A stretch of 63,587 nt of DNA, filler included, from Limisphaerales bacterium (lineage in GTDB: Bacteria > Verrucomicrobiota > Verrucomicrobiia > Limisphaerales > SIBE01), in the NCBI GenBank assembly GCA_044225505.1. It is 3 parts of 3 records of this genome, joined end to end, with 100 filler letters (N's around TTAATTAATTAA, not from the genome) between each part and the next. Parts side by side here need not be neighbours in the genome. Positions count along the whole stretch, not along the records: positions 1 to 23,771 come from JBGAIN010000133.1; 2 more parts are not named here. One strand, written 5' to 3'. A program made the translations under genes and the position numbers. The notes beneath the pieces are model-generated. The model was not told the origin of the DNA. It did no database searches and saw only the letters and a list, made by a program, of their open reading frames with translations. Positions 1-10,068 of the stretch are shown in pieces. The number at the start of each line of letters is the position of its first letter. Position 1 is the first letter of the stretch.

Positions 1-302
1 CATTCGGTAATTGCCTCCTGGCGCCCCGGATGGGGCAACTCGAGAATAGCTCGGCGTTTTAACGCCGAGCTTGAATGGGCGCGATTCCAAGTCCCGACGG
101 GACGGCCGAGGACGTGGCATTGAACGGAAGAACCGGAGATAAAGCGGATCACAAGGTCGTAGAACCCAAACGCCCTCTCTCGCCGCACTCAGCCGCCCCT
201 CCGGGGCTTGGGCCCTCGCACTTGAGCACCCGGCGCTAAAGCGACCGGGCTTCTCTCATTCTGTCCCTTCCGGGACTGAATAGAATTACCGAATGGCATT
301 AG
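1..302. repeat. MITE/REP-like palindromic non-coding element, left end probably truncated by the window edge
   Basis: CATTCGGTAATT (1-12) is the reverse complement of AATTACCGAATG (284-295). Internal short palindromes include AGCTCGGCGTTTTAACGCCGAGCT, GTCCCGACGGGAC and GTCCCTTCCGGGAC. Confidence 0.55.
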
Positions 303-449
303 AATAAATCCCGCGATCCGATGATGGGAACGCGGACTTCCAGTCCGCAGGAACAGGCGCGGCGAGGGCAGGGTTCGGATTATCCCAGCGCCGTGGGCCG
401 GTCGAGGCTTGTGGCGGAATAAATTCCGCGATCCGATGATGGGAGCGCG
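302..449 (+). repeat. 33-bp direct repeat pair; first copy runs into a REP-like hairpin
   Basis: GAATAAAT(C/T)CCGCGATCCGATGATGGGA(A/G)CGCG at 302-334 and 417-449 (31/33 identical). The first copy continues into GCGGACTTCCAGTCCGC. Confidence 0.7.
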
Positions 450-462
450 CGCTGACGAGTCC

Positions 463-3400
463 TTATTTCCCGGGCCGGATGCGGAAGACTGTCAAGGAGT
501 TACCAGGGAAAGGATAACGGAAACTGGGTCCCGCCACGGAGAGGGATCTGGAAACGGGCGCGACGTTGGTGGGATCGTCGAGCGAGTTTTCATCCGTCGC
601 CTTGGCAGAGCCCAGCACCCAAACCTGGGAAGGACTTGCGACCGACCCGACGCCTTTAAGATCAACCTCGGTGCTCAGCCAATCGGAGCTCGCATTGACG
701 ACTTTGAGGATGACTTCGCCGCTGGAGTCTTCCCGCGTGGCGGAGGCATGAAGCGATTTCACGGTTGCTTGGTGGAGATCGTGGATGAGCTTCCCGTCCA
801 GGAAACATCGGATCGAGTCGCCTTTGAGTTCGATGCGAATGTCGTACCATCGTCCCGTCTCAATCTCGCCCGAAACCTCGTTCCCGATCACGCCGCCGAG
901 CTCAACCGCGTGCCGTTGGTTGCCCCAGCCGCCGAGATTCCACCACGATTTCGCGCTTTCGTCCTGGACGCCGAAAAGGATGAGGAAACCTTCCGCGCCG
1001 CCCAGTTTTCTGGCTTTGAGCGAGTAAGTATAATCCGTCCAGCGTTTATCGCCGACGACAGCGCGAATGTTATCGCCGGAACCCGTTTGACGAAGAACGG
1101 CGCCTTCGGTTTTCCAGGTCCCGCCGTGGAGGCGCCATCCCTCCGTGCCATGGGCGAAGTCGCAAGTGTAGAGGGTTTGACCGTCCTTCGTCACTTTAAT
1201 GTCCTTGAACTCAGCTTGAGTGAGCCAGGTGCCGACACCGACGGCGCCACCCTTGGGCTGCTCTTGAGAAACAGGGGATTGCACTTGTACGGGCAGGACG
1301 ACGTCGCCGCGGTGCTGGGCGAAGAGCTGCTGGACGTAGTAGCTGGGAAGACCGTAAGCGCGAGAGCTGTCGAAATTGATCAAATCCGGATTCCAGCGTC
1401 GATGGTTGACGTTGACGAAGAGCGGGGCGTAACTGGCCATGACGACGACGTCCGAGTTACGTTCGAGACCCGTCATAAACGCGGCTTCCCCGATGGCGCC
1501 GCGGAGATTGCCTTGGCCCGTTCCCGCGGTGACGGCGTATTCGCCGACGAAGATTTTGGCTCCGTTCCGGGGGTAGGCATCATAGCGGTCGGCTTGGGCG
1601 ACGAAGAATTCCGGATTGTTATAGTAATGCTCATCCACGATATCGGCCGGTCGAGTTTCCGTGGGGACATTGGCCACGAGTTGCATTTCGGGATAGCGCG
1701 CTTTGATGGCGTCATGGAAGAGGGCGTATCGCTCCTGGTAAGCAGGGCCGCCATTTTCGTTGCCGATCTCCAAATACTTCAGACCGAACGGGGCGGGATG
1801 TCCGTGCCGGGCGCGGCGGGCGCCCCAGACAGAGTTCGTTGGGCCATTGGCGTATTCGATGGCATCGAGAGCGTCTTGCACCCACTGGCCCATTTGATCC
1901 ATCGGCACATTCTCGCGGTGCGACATGCCGACGTTGATGCAGAACAGGGGCTCGGCCTTCAAATCTTCCGCCAACTGCAGGTATTCGTGATAGCCCAATC
2001 CATGCGTCGCTTGATAACCCCAAATGTTGTCGAGCGGTTTGCGTTCCGCGATATCGCCGAGGGTTTCTTTCCAATGGTACATGTGGGCCATGTCTTCGCC
2101 TTCGACCCAACAGCCGCCCGGGAAGCGCATGAAAGCCGGGCGCAGCCCAACCAGCATGTCACACAAGTCCGGGCGCAGGCCGTGGTTTTTCCAGGTTTGT
2201 TTCGGGAGCAGCGAGACCATATCGAGCCAAACGATGCCTTTGCCAGAAAAGTCCAGGCGCAAGCGTGCTGCGGTGTCGCTGCTCGTCGGGTCGAGATCCA
2301 CCGTGTAATAGCGCCACTTGTCGGTCAATTCGGCGCTTGCACCCTGGGCCAGGGCGACGCCCGATTTCCCTACCAAAGCGACCGAGATTGGGCCTTTCCA
2401 GTCTTGTCCCCGGGCGGCAAAGCGAAGTTGGTAGGCGTTGCCACGGACAATGTTCATGCCCCAGTAACCGTCATTCTGGAGGGAGCTTTTCCCATTTAAA
2501 CGCAGGCGCAAGCTGCGCCGATTGAGCGGATTGAGCGGTAGACTCTCGTCGATGGAAAGCTCGCCTTGCGCTCCCTCCGAATTCGAGAGCTTCCAATGCG
2601 GCGCTTCGCCTTTCTCTTCGAACGATCGGTTGCGGACCAACTCCGGATATAAGCCGCCGTCCGCGGACAAGTTGATATCTTCAAAAAAGATGCCCCAGAG
2701 CTGGGGGCTCACCCGGTGCTTTGGTTGGTCGACCTGAACGGTGATGGCGGCCTTGGTCGCCTTCTCTTTCTCTTGCCATTCGGCGGGCGTTACGGAATCC
2801 CAATAGACGACGTAATGGCGGTTTCCATGCATCCCGTAAAACGGTTCCAAGGTCAGAGAGTGACTCCCGGGGTTCCCGAGCGTTTGCACGAGGGCGCCAC
2901 TGCTGGAAAAGGTCGCGGGCTTTCCGACGACCGGTTTGAGGCTCGCGACCCATGGCTCGGGGGACGCCACCACCGCGGGGGAGGGCTGGGTCGGATCGAC
3001 CTCGGCGGACAAGACGAGGGGACCATAAAGCACCGCGAAACGGCGCGGGTTATCGCGGAAGGCTTCGGTGCGGAGGCTGAAAGGCATGTTGAGATCGATC
3101 ACATCGCCGCTTTTCCAGACGCGGCTCAAGATGGCGTACTCGCCAGGACGGCTGACGAGCCACTGTTTCTGACCGTTGACGCGAACCTCCATGCCGCCCG
3201 TGGCCCACGCCGGATGCCGCAGATGAAGCGTCAGTTCCACGGGCGTTTCGCAGGTCAAGCGAAGTCGGCTGGAACCTTCATCGGGGAACTTGGTCTCTTG
3301 CCGGAGGCGTAATCCTTTGGTTTTCCACGTCAATTCCGAGGCGATGAAAAGGTTCAGGTAAAGGTTCTGGGCAGCGTCGTGAAAATAGATGCTATCGCCA

Positions 3401-4677
3401 TATTGCGCATGATTTTCCACGCCGGTGCCCGTGCAGCACCAGAAGGCGTCGGTGGGGGTGCTATAGACCTTGCGCGATCCGGAACGTAAAGGCACGTAAT
3501 AACAGGTCATGCCGTCGCTGGGGTTTTGGGAGGCGAGGATATGATTGTAGAGGGCGCGTTCGTAATAGTCGGCGTAGCGGGCTTGGGGATCCCACTCCAA
3601 GAGATGGCGAGTGAGCTTCAACATGTTGTAGGTATTGCACGTTTCGGTGGTATTCTGACCCAAGGCTTGGGAAAGCGACTCTTTGGGAGTGAACCCTTCG
3701 TTATCGCTGTGGCCGCCGATGACGTAAGACCGTTCGTTCACCACCGTCTCCCAAAAGAAGGTTGCGGCTGTCTTTAACTTGTCTTGCCCAGACAGTTCGT
3801 ACTGGCGCGCCGCGCCGATAAACTTAGGAATCTGCGTGTTGGCGTGGAGCCCAGTCAGCTTGTCTTGACGCCGCGATGCAGGCTCGAGCACGGCCAAATG
3901 ATTGAAGCGTTGGGCGATCTTGAAATATTTCTCCTGGCCGGTCGCGGCATAGAGATTGGCCAGGACTTCGTTCATGCCGCCATGCTCATTGCCAAGCATC
4001 TTCTGCATCTGTTCGTCGGAAAGTTTGGCGTTCCGGGCGATGAGCCAGTCGGCGAACTTCTCGCAGACCTGGAGGGCCTGCCGGTTTCGACAGTGCGTAG
4101 ACATGTCCAGGAGTCCCGCATAGATCTTGTGCAGGGTGTAGTAAGGAGCCCAAACGCGTTTCTGCGCTTCTACGCGATCGAAGAACTCCTCGGGAAACGC
4201 GCTTAGATATCCGGTGCCAAGCTTGGCTTGGCACTCTGCGAGCCCAGCCACGACGGCGTCGCCTTTGGCTTTGACAGCTGCGTCGCCGGTGCTTGCGAAC
4301 ATGAGGGCGCACGCGGACAAATAATGTCCGATAAAATGACCGCGCAATTCGCAGTCTGGCTTTTCCCATCCGCCGAGCGGCTCAGCGGAGGATGGAAGCC
4401 CCGCGTTGACGCGGAAATTGTGCAGTAATCGGTCGACATCCAGCGACAACAGGTAGCGACGATCCAGTTGCAGGGCGCGTTCGAAGGGCCCATCCAGCAA
4501 GCGGACCTCGGATAAATCGAAGGGGGCGACCTTGGTCTGGATGGCGAGCGGAACTTCGGCTGCACTAAGTGCGGCGGCGCTAACGCTGGCCAAGCTTACC
4601 CAGAGCGCAAGGACGCGAGGTCGGAGAGAGGAACTTAACAGCCCTGCGAGAAGAGAGGGGGAAGAGTGACGTTTCAT
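463..4677 (-). CDS. Secreted fusion of GH127/GH146-like beta-L-arabinofuranosidase and GH51 alpha-L-arabinofuranosidase
   Basis: 1404 aa with signal peptide. N-half motifs: ELRGHFIGHYLSA, EHGGMNEVL, HANTQIPK, ETCNTYNMLKL, WCCTGTG. C-half motifs: GIFFEDIN, RFPGGCWVEG, YLEIGNENGG, VGEYA, MASYAPL. Confidence 0.9.
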   Translation of the reverse strand: MKRHSSPSLLAGLLSSSLRPRVLALWVSLASVSAAALSAAEVPLAIQTKVAPFDLSEVRLLDGPFERALQLDRRYLLSLDVDRLLHNFRVNAGLPSSAEPLGGWEKPDCELRGHFIGHYLSACALMFASTGDAAVKAKGDAVVAGLAECQAKLGTGYLSAFPEEFFDRVEAQKRVWAPYYTLHKIYAGLLDMSTHCRNRQALQVCEKFADWLIARNAKLSDEQMQKMLGNEHGGMNEVLANLYAATGQEKYFKIAQRFNHLAVLEPASRRQDKLTGLHANTQIPKFIGAARQYELSGQDKLKTAATFFWETVVNERSYVIGGHSDNEGFTPKESLSQALGQNTTETCNTYNMLKLTRHLLEWDPQARYADYYERALYNHILASQNPSDGMTCYYVPLRSGSRKVYSTPTDAFWCCTGTGVENHAQYGDSIYFHDAAQNLYLNLFIASELTWKTKGLRLRQETKFPDEGSSRLRLTCETPVELTLHLRHPAWATGGMEVRVNGQKQWLVSRPGEYAILSRVWKSGDVIDLNMPFSLRTEAFRDNPRRFAVLYGPLVLSAEVDPTQPSPAVVASPEPWVASLKPVVGKPATFSSSGALVQTLGNPGSHSLTLEPFYGMHGNRHYVVYWDSVTPAEWQEKEKATKAAITVQVDQPKHRVSPQLWGIFFEDINLSADGGLYPELVRNRSFEEKGEAPHWKLSNSEGAQGELSIDESLPLNPLNRRSLRLRLNGKSSLQNDGYWGMNIVRGNAYQLRFAARGQDWKGPISVALVGKSGVALAQGASAELTDKWRYYTVDLDPTSSDTAARLRLDFSGKGIVWLDMVSLLPKQTWKNHGLRPDLCDMLVGLRPAFMRFPGGCWVEGEDMAHMYHWKETLGDIAERKPLDNIWGYQATHGLGYHEYLQLAEDLKAEPLFCINVGMSHRENVPMDQMGQWVQDALDAIEYANGPTNSVWGARRARHGHPAPFGLKYLEIGNENGGPAYQERYALFHDAIKARYPEMQLVANVPTETRPADIVDEHYYNNPEFFVAQADRYDAYPRNGAKIFVGEYAVTAGTGQGNLRGAIGEAAFMTGLERNSDVVVMASYAPLFVNVNHRRWNPDLINFDSSRAYGLPSYYVQQLFAQHRGDVVLPVQVQSPVSQEQPKGGAVGVGTWLTQAEFKDIKVTKDGQTLYTCDFAHGTEGWRLHGGTWKTEGAVLRQTGSGDNIRAVVGDKRWTDYTYSLKARKLGGAEGFLILFGVQDESAKSWWNLGGWGNQRHAVELGGVIGNEVSGEIETGRWYDIRIELKGDSIRCFLDGKLIHDLHQATVKSLHASATREDSSGEVILKVVNASSDWLSTEVDLKGVGSVASPSQVWVLGSAKATDENSLDDPTNVAPVSRSLSVAGPSFRYPFPGNSLTVFRIRPGK

Positions 4678-4905
4678 GTTTGAATCAAAAAGAAACTACC
4701 GCTTCAAAAACAGCCGAAGCAACACCAGTTTGCGCTTATCGTCCGCCCATTTGCGAATGAAGGGCTCGCGACGTGGCAGGGCGGAGCGATCGTGACGTCA
4801 AAAGCCTGGACGAGAATTCGACAGAAGCAAACCAAGGGAACGAAGCCGGGGAGTCGAGCGCCGGTTCTACGTCGGTATCGTTGCTTCCAGGTCCGACTTT
4901 TGGCC

Positions 4906-5745
4906 TTAGCCCCCCACGGCTTTCACCCAGAAGTGGGCCATGAGCGCGGCGCCAGCGGCGCTGGGATGCACGCCGTCGCCAGCCCAATGCTCTGGCGGCG
5001 CGAGTTTCACGGCTTCGTCGAACATGGTTTGGAACGGAACGAATGTGGCGCGATGCTTCACCGCGACCTGTCGGGCGGCGGTTCGGTAACGATCGAATTC
5101 TGGAAACCACTTTTCGGTCACGGCGCCACAGCGCAGGACGAACGGTTCACACACGACTAACTTGACCTTGGGCAGCGCTTTGCGGGTCCGGTCCATTAAG
5201 GCGTGATAGTCGCGCTCGTAGGTCTCCAACGTGCCTTTGTAGTTAAGCTTGGGATCGAGGGAATGCCAGATGTCATTCACGCCAATGAGGATGCTCAACA
5301 CGTCCGGCTTGAGATCGAGGCAGTCGGATTGCCAGCGCTCGGCTAGTTGGAAGACTTTGTGCCCGCTGATGCCGCGATTGTAAATCTTGAGCCCGTCATT
5401 CGGATGAGAGAGGAGGAGTTCGGTGGCGGCGAGCCAGGCGTAACCGTTCCCCAAGGCGGCGTGAGAGTTGGGCAACGCGGTTTCCTCGGGCTTACGGCTG
5501 CGGCCTGCGTCGGTAATGGAATCCCCTTGAAATAAAATAACCGACTTCTTCCCGATGAGGTCTCGCCCCGACTTGAACCAAGGGGCCGCTTGGGTCGTTG
5601 CGGCCGCGAGCGCTGCGGTGCCCAAGGCCATGGTCGACGTTTTCATAAACCCGCGCCGAGTGACAAGGTGGGCGACGGGTTGTTGGAGAGTGCGTGCGGA
5701 CGAAACCCCGTCCGCGGCTTTGCTGGATAGACCATCTGCTGTCAT
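4906..5745 (-). CDS. SGNH/GDSL hydrolase with Tat signal
   Basis: TRRGFMK Tat motif; FQGDSITD, NRGISG, IGVND and DGVHP blocks. Confidence 0.9.
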   Translation of the reverse strand: MTADGLSSKAADGVSSARTLQQPVAHLVTRRGFMKTSTMALGTAALAAATTQAAPWFKSGRDLIGKKSVILFQGDSITDAGRSRKPEETALPNSHAALGNGYAWLAATELLLSHPNDGLKIYNRGISGHKVFQLAERWQSDCLDLKPDVLSILIGVNDIWHSLDPKLNYKGTLETYERDYHALMDRTRKALPKVKLVVCEPFVLRCGAVTEKWFPEFDRYRTAARQVAVKHRATFVPFQTMFDEAVKLAPPEHWAGDGVHPSAAGAALMAHFWVKAVGG

Positions 5746-5778
5746 AAGAATCCTGAGTCGTTGGTAGTGTCGATGAAA

Positions 5779-6651
5779 TCAGCGGCGAGCGCCGTAGCCA
5801 CGCACGAATCCGATGCACTGCGCAACCTCCGGCAGCGAATTATCCCAGTTATACTCGTATTCGATCGCCAGATTGCCGACAAAATGTTGCCGCTTCAGCT
5901 CGTCCAGGATTCCTGGAATATCGGCCACGCCCGTGCCATAGGGGACGTCGTGCGCCTCTGGACCCATTCGATCGAGGTCTTTGAGATGGCTGCTAACGAC
6001 GCGGCCCTCGAGAATGCGCAAGCAGTCTACCGGCTTTAACCCCGACCGAACCCAATGTCCGGTGTCCGCGCACGCGCCAATCCGAGCGTCGCGATTCTTG
6101 ACGACGGAGAGAATGTAGTTGGGATCCCAAACCTTGTAGCTCGGGTTGTCCGCGCGCCGGGGATGATTGTGAATGCCGACGCGAATGTCGTATTCTTTAA
6201 CCAGCTTCTCAATCGTGTCCAAGGCCTCGACGGATTCGGTGATGACGGCGTAGAGTTCCATCTTCTTGGCGAATTCGAACACCTTGCGCGCCTCGGTTTC
6301 ATCTTTGGAGATGCCAATCACCCCATAATTGACCGCGCGAAGATGATGGGCGGCCAGTTTTGCTTTTACTTTATCGAGCACTGCATCGGACGCGTTGTGA
6401 TCGAACTTCACGGTCGGCTCGGCCAAACTCAGCTTCTGTCCGGTAGGCAGCTCAATCACTTTGGCACCGGCTGCGGCCGTCTTTTCGATCGCTTCAAAGA
6501 GGGTGAAGTGATTGAACGTATAGGCTTGGCAACCGATAGCGAAACCGCCAGTCCAACATTCGGTGGGGATCGGCGCGGCCGATATGCCATAAGCTGCCAG
6601 AAGGAAAGCCGCACCTGCCACGCTGCGAGCGAGAAGTTTCGTGAGGGACAT
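5779..6651 (-). CDS. Exported sugar phosphate isomerase/epimerase (TIM barrel, AP endonuclease 2 family)
   Basis: Signal peptide; GIHNH, ADTGHW, HLKD and IEYE metal-binding pattern. Confidence 0.85.
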   Translation of the reverse strand: MSLTKLLARSVAGAAFLLAAYGISAAPIPTECWTGGFAIGCQAYTFNHFTLFEAIEKTAAAGAKVIELPTGQKLSLAEPTVKFDHNASDAVLDKVKAKLAAHHLRAVNYGVIGISKDETEARKVFEFAKKMELYAVITESVEALDTIEKLVKEYDIRVGIHNHPRRADNPSYKVWDPNYILSVVKNRDARIGACADTGHWVRSGLKPVDCLRILEGRVVSSHLKDLDRMGPEAHDVPYGTGVADIPGILDELKRQHFVGNLAIEYEYNWDNSLPEVAQCIGFVRGYGARR

Positions 6652-6764
6652 AGGAGTAGGATTCTGCGGCAGCAGCTCCTATATTCCAATCCAGAAATTA
6701 GACCGGCACCGCTGGTGCACCTTCGGCATCGACACGACCAGGAGTCTGGCGGCATGATTCAGAA

Positions 6765-9127
6765 GTGAACTCCAGTCGTTTTCTGGCACTTCTCGGCGTG
6801 GTGTCAGCTTTGGTGTCCATCTATGTTAGCGCCGCGGAGAGTCCGGTCGCCTTGGTCGATCCAACGATCGGAACGACGCACTGTCGTTGGTTCTTCTACA
6901 CTCCCGGGGCGGTGCCTTTTGGCATGGCTAAACCCGGGCCGTGCACGGATGCGCACTTGGGGAACAAAAGCGGTTGGGAAGCCGTTGGCTACGATTCTCT
7001 CGACATACTTCGATCGAGAGTTTCGTTTCTTTCCGGGAGTTTCAGATTGGGGGGATCGCTGTCATGGCGACCACCGGCGAGCTCCAGACTGTCCCAGGGC
7101 CCTTAGACGCGCCGGACGAGGGATATCGTTCGCGTTTTGACCACGCAAACGAGATTGCGCAGCCGGGTTATTACTCGGTTCTGCTGAAAGATTATGGGAT
7201 TCACGTCGAGTCAACGGCGACGCTTCGGGTCGCAGTTTACCGCTTTTCGTTTCCCGGGGAGAAGGTGGGTCATTTGATTTTCGATGTGGGGAACCCCCAA
7301 GGCGAGAGCGGGCCGGTTCTAGATGCGGGCGTTCGCCGAGTCAATGAGTTCGAGGTGGAAGGATTCGTCGTTACTCTCCCGAGATACATTCAGACTTATC
7401 AACCAGGCGCTGCGTTGAAGATGTATTTTGTGGCGCGCATCGATCGCAAACCGGATGCGTTGGGCTGTTTCCGTGGGGCAAAAATTCAACCCTTGGAAAC
7501 GTCGATCTTTGGGCCTGGCAGTGGCCTGTATCTGACGTTGGCAAAGGGAACGGAACCGGTGACGGTAAAGCTTGGCCAATCTTACACCAGCATCCAAAAC
7601 GCGCGCGCAAACTTGGAAAAGGAAGCTGCCCAATCGTCGTTTGCAGAAATCCGTCAGCAAGCACAAGCGCGCTGGGAAGAGATGCTCGGCCGGATTCAGG
7701 TAACGGGCGGGCGGCGGGAAGATCGCGTGAAGTTTTACACTGGTCTGTACCACGCATTGCTCGGACGTGGTTTGGCCAGCGATGCCAATGGGTCTTACCC
7801 ACGAAACGATGGAGGCGTTGGGCAAATTCCACGGAACGCCACGGGTGAGCCTTTGTTCAATCATTATAATTCAGATTCACTCTGGGGAACATTCTGGAAT
7901 CTCAACCAGCTCTGGGCGCTCGCTTACCCAGATTACCTCAGCGAGTATGTCCGCTGTCACCTCGACATGGCGCGCGATTGCGGTTGGCTGCCGGATTCCA
8001 TTGCCGCGGGTAAGTTTGTCTCGGGAGTGGGAACAGATTTCACGGGGGTGCTGGTCTCGGGGGCGTATCATTGGGGCATTCGTGATTATGATGTGAGCCA
8101 GGCCTTTGCCGCCGTGCTCAAGAACGAGGTTGGATGGCAGAATCGCCCGGTGGGCGTGGGAAAGGCAGATCTCAAATCCTTCGTTGATCGAGGGTATGTG
8201 CCATTAATCAGGCACCTTTCGGCCGCGGGAGATTCGGTTGCGGAAGGTTCCATGTTTAGTGCGTCGCACACGCTCGAGTACAGCTTTTCTTCGTGGGCCG
8301 CGGCTCAATTCGCCAAAGCGTTGGCCAAGACGAACGAATACGAGCTCCTGATGCGACAAAGCCGAGGATGGGAGAAGCTTTACGATTCGCAGAGCGGGTT
8401 TATCCGGCCCAGGGAACAGTCCGGGGAGTTTATCGCGGAATTTAACCCCAGGAAGCCATGGATTGGGTTCCAAGAAGGGAACGCCTGGCAGTACACCTTC
8501 TACGTTCCGCACGATATAGCCGGGCTGAAAGAGAGAATGGACGGGGCGACTTTCCTCGCTCGGCTTGAAGACGTTTTCTCGCAGGCGGCGAAAACACGCT
8601 TTGGTGGAGGTGAGCAGATCGATGCTTTCTCAGGCTTGGAAAATGTTTATAATCACGGAAACCAACCGAGTCTTCATATTGGGTGGCTCTTTAATGACGC
8701 TGGGCACCCATGGCGAACGCAGTATTGGATCCGACGCATCTGCGACGAATTCTACGGGACAGGGCGAGTGCACGGTTATGGATTCGGGCAGGATGAAGAT
8801 CAAGGGCAGCTAGGCGCTTGGTTTGTGCTGGCGGGGATGGGATTGTTTGATGTGCAAGGCGGCACGGCCCCTGAGCCGCTCTTCCAAATCGCGACCCCGA
8901 TGTTTGAACGTGTGCAGATCCGGCTGCACTCGAAATACACCGCTGGGAAACCGTTCGAGATTCGCATGATCGGAGATCCTCGGGCGAACGGGTATATCCA
9001 GTCCGCGCGGTTCAACAACGAGGCCGTGGAGCGGTGCGTTTTACCATGGAAGCAGCTGGTGGAGGGTGGAACACTTGAACTGACCGTCGGTGCGGAACCG
9101 AATAAGTTGTGGGGTGTGAGTCCCTGA
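6765..9127 (+). pseudogene. GH92 alpha-mannosidase family, frameshifted near 6996-7000 (pseudogene or assembly error)
   Basis: Signal peptide and VDPTIGT...PGAVPFGMAKPGP in ORF 6765-7106. Continues in ORF 6941-9127 with FYTGLYH, SHTLEYSF, FQEGNAWQYTFYVPHD, YNHGNQPSLH, DEDQGQLGAW. Removing 2 nt in TCTCT restores GYDSRHTSIESF. Confidence 0.85.
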
Positions 9128-9247
9128 CGTTGCTCCGGGATGCGCTGGGTTTCCAAGCGTGGGATGCTTTCGCTGGGCGGAATTGTCTGAACATTGCGTC
9201 ACGGCTGCTGTCCATTTAGAGAGTCGATCATTTAATTGGGTGGGTTG

Positions 9248-10066
9248 ATGCAAGAATCTTCAGATCTCCGAAGTCCAGTGCTGACAACGAGTCGCGGGCC
9301 GCTCTGGCTGCGTGAAGTGGACCGTCTACTGCGTGGGCAAGCGACGGAGAGCGCGAACCTGCGTCAAGGCGGTTTGCCTGTAACATCCGACCGGTTGCAG
9401 TTGGCCGTAGTCGTTCTAGGGTTTGTCTATGGCCTTTGCATGGGCACCTATGCCTTGTTGAAGGGGGGGGACGGGGCGTTTCTGCAATTGCTTTCTGGGA
9501 TGATCAAAGTGCCAGCGCTCTTTCTTCTGACGTTGCTGGTCACATTTCCATCGTTGTATGTGTTTAATGCGCTGGTGGGTTGCCGGCTCTCGGTCCTCGC
9601 CTTGTGGCGTTTGTTAACCTCGTCCGTAGCCCTGAACATGGCAGTTTTGGCTTCGTTTGGGCCGATTGTCGCGTTCTTCTCGCTCAGCACGACCAGTTAC
9701 TCGTTCATGTTATTGCTGAATGTGGCCGTGTTTGCGATTGCTGGGGCCTTTGGGCTGCGTTTTCTGATCCAGACGCTGCAACGCCTCACGCTCATTCCGC
9801 CCGAACCGGAACTCGCGCCTCCCGTGATTCAAGGGGAACCGGTCGATTTGAGCCCGATTGCCAAGCCGGTCGGGCAAAAGCTCAGCCCCCAGGTCCGCTT
9901 CGTTTTCCGGTGTTGGATTCTCGTCTTTGCCCTGGTCGGAGCACAAATGAGCTGGATCTTAAGGCCCTTCTTGGGCGTGCCCAATCAGGCCTTCAGCTTT
10001 TTCCGTGCGCGCGAATCGAACTTCTTCGAAGCCGTGTGGAATCACCTGATCTACCTTATTAAATAG
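9248..10066 (+). CDS. Multi-pass membrane protein (Yip1-like topology), paralog 1
   Basis: About 5 hydrophobic helices; KVPALFLLTLLVTFPSLYVFN and VGAQMSWILRPFLG motifs shared with the next gene. Confidence 0.8.
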   Translation: MQESSDLRSPVLTTSRGPLWLREVDRLLRGQATESANLRQGGLPVTSDRLQLAVVVLGFVYGLCMGTYALLKGGDGAFLQLLSGMIKVPALFLLTLLVTFPSLYVFNALVGCRLSVLALWRLLTSSVALNMAVLASFGPIVAFFSLSTTSYSFMLLLNVAVFAIAGAFGLRFLIQTLQRLTLIPPEPELAPPVIQGEPVDLSPIAKPVGQKLSPQVRFVFRCWILVFALVGAQMSWILRPFLGVPNQAFSFFRARESNFFEAVWNHLIYLIK

Positions 10067-10068
10067 CC

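Noticed and set aside
302..449. 33-bp direct repeats as a CRISPR array
   Set aside because: Only two copies, an 82-nt gap, and no cas genes in the window.
409..2499. 696-aa plus-strand ORF
   Set aside because: Antisense shadow of the GH51 module; no motifs of its own.
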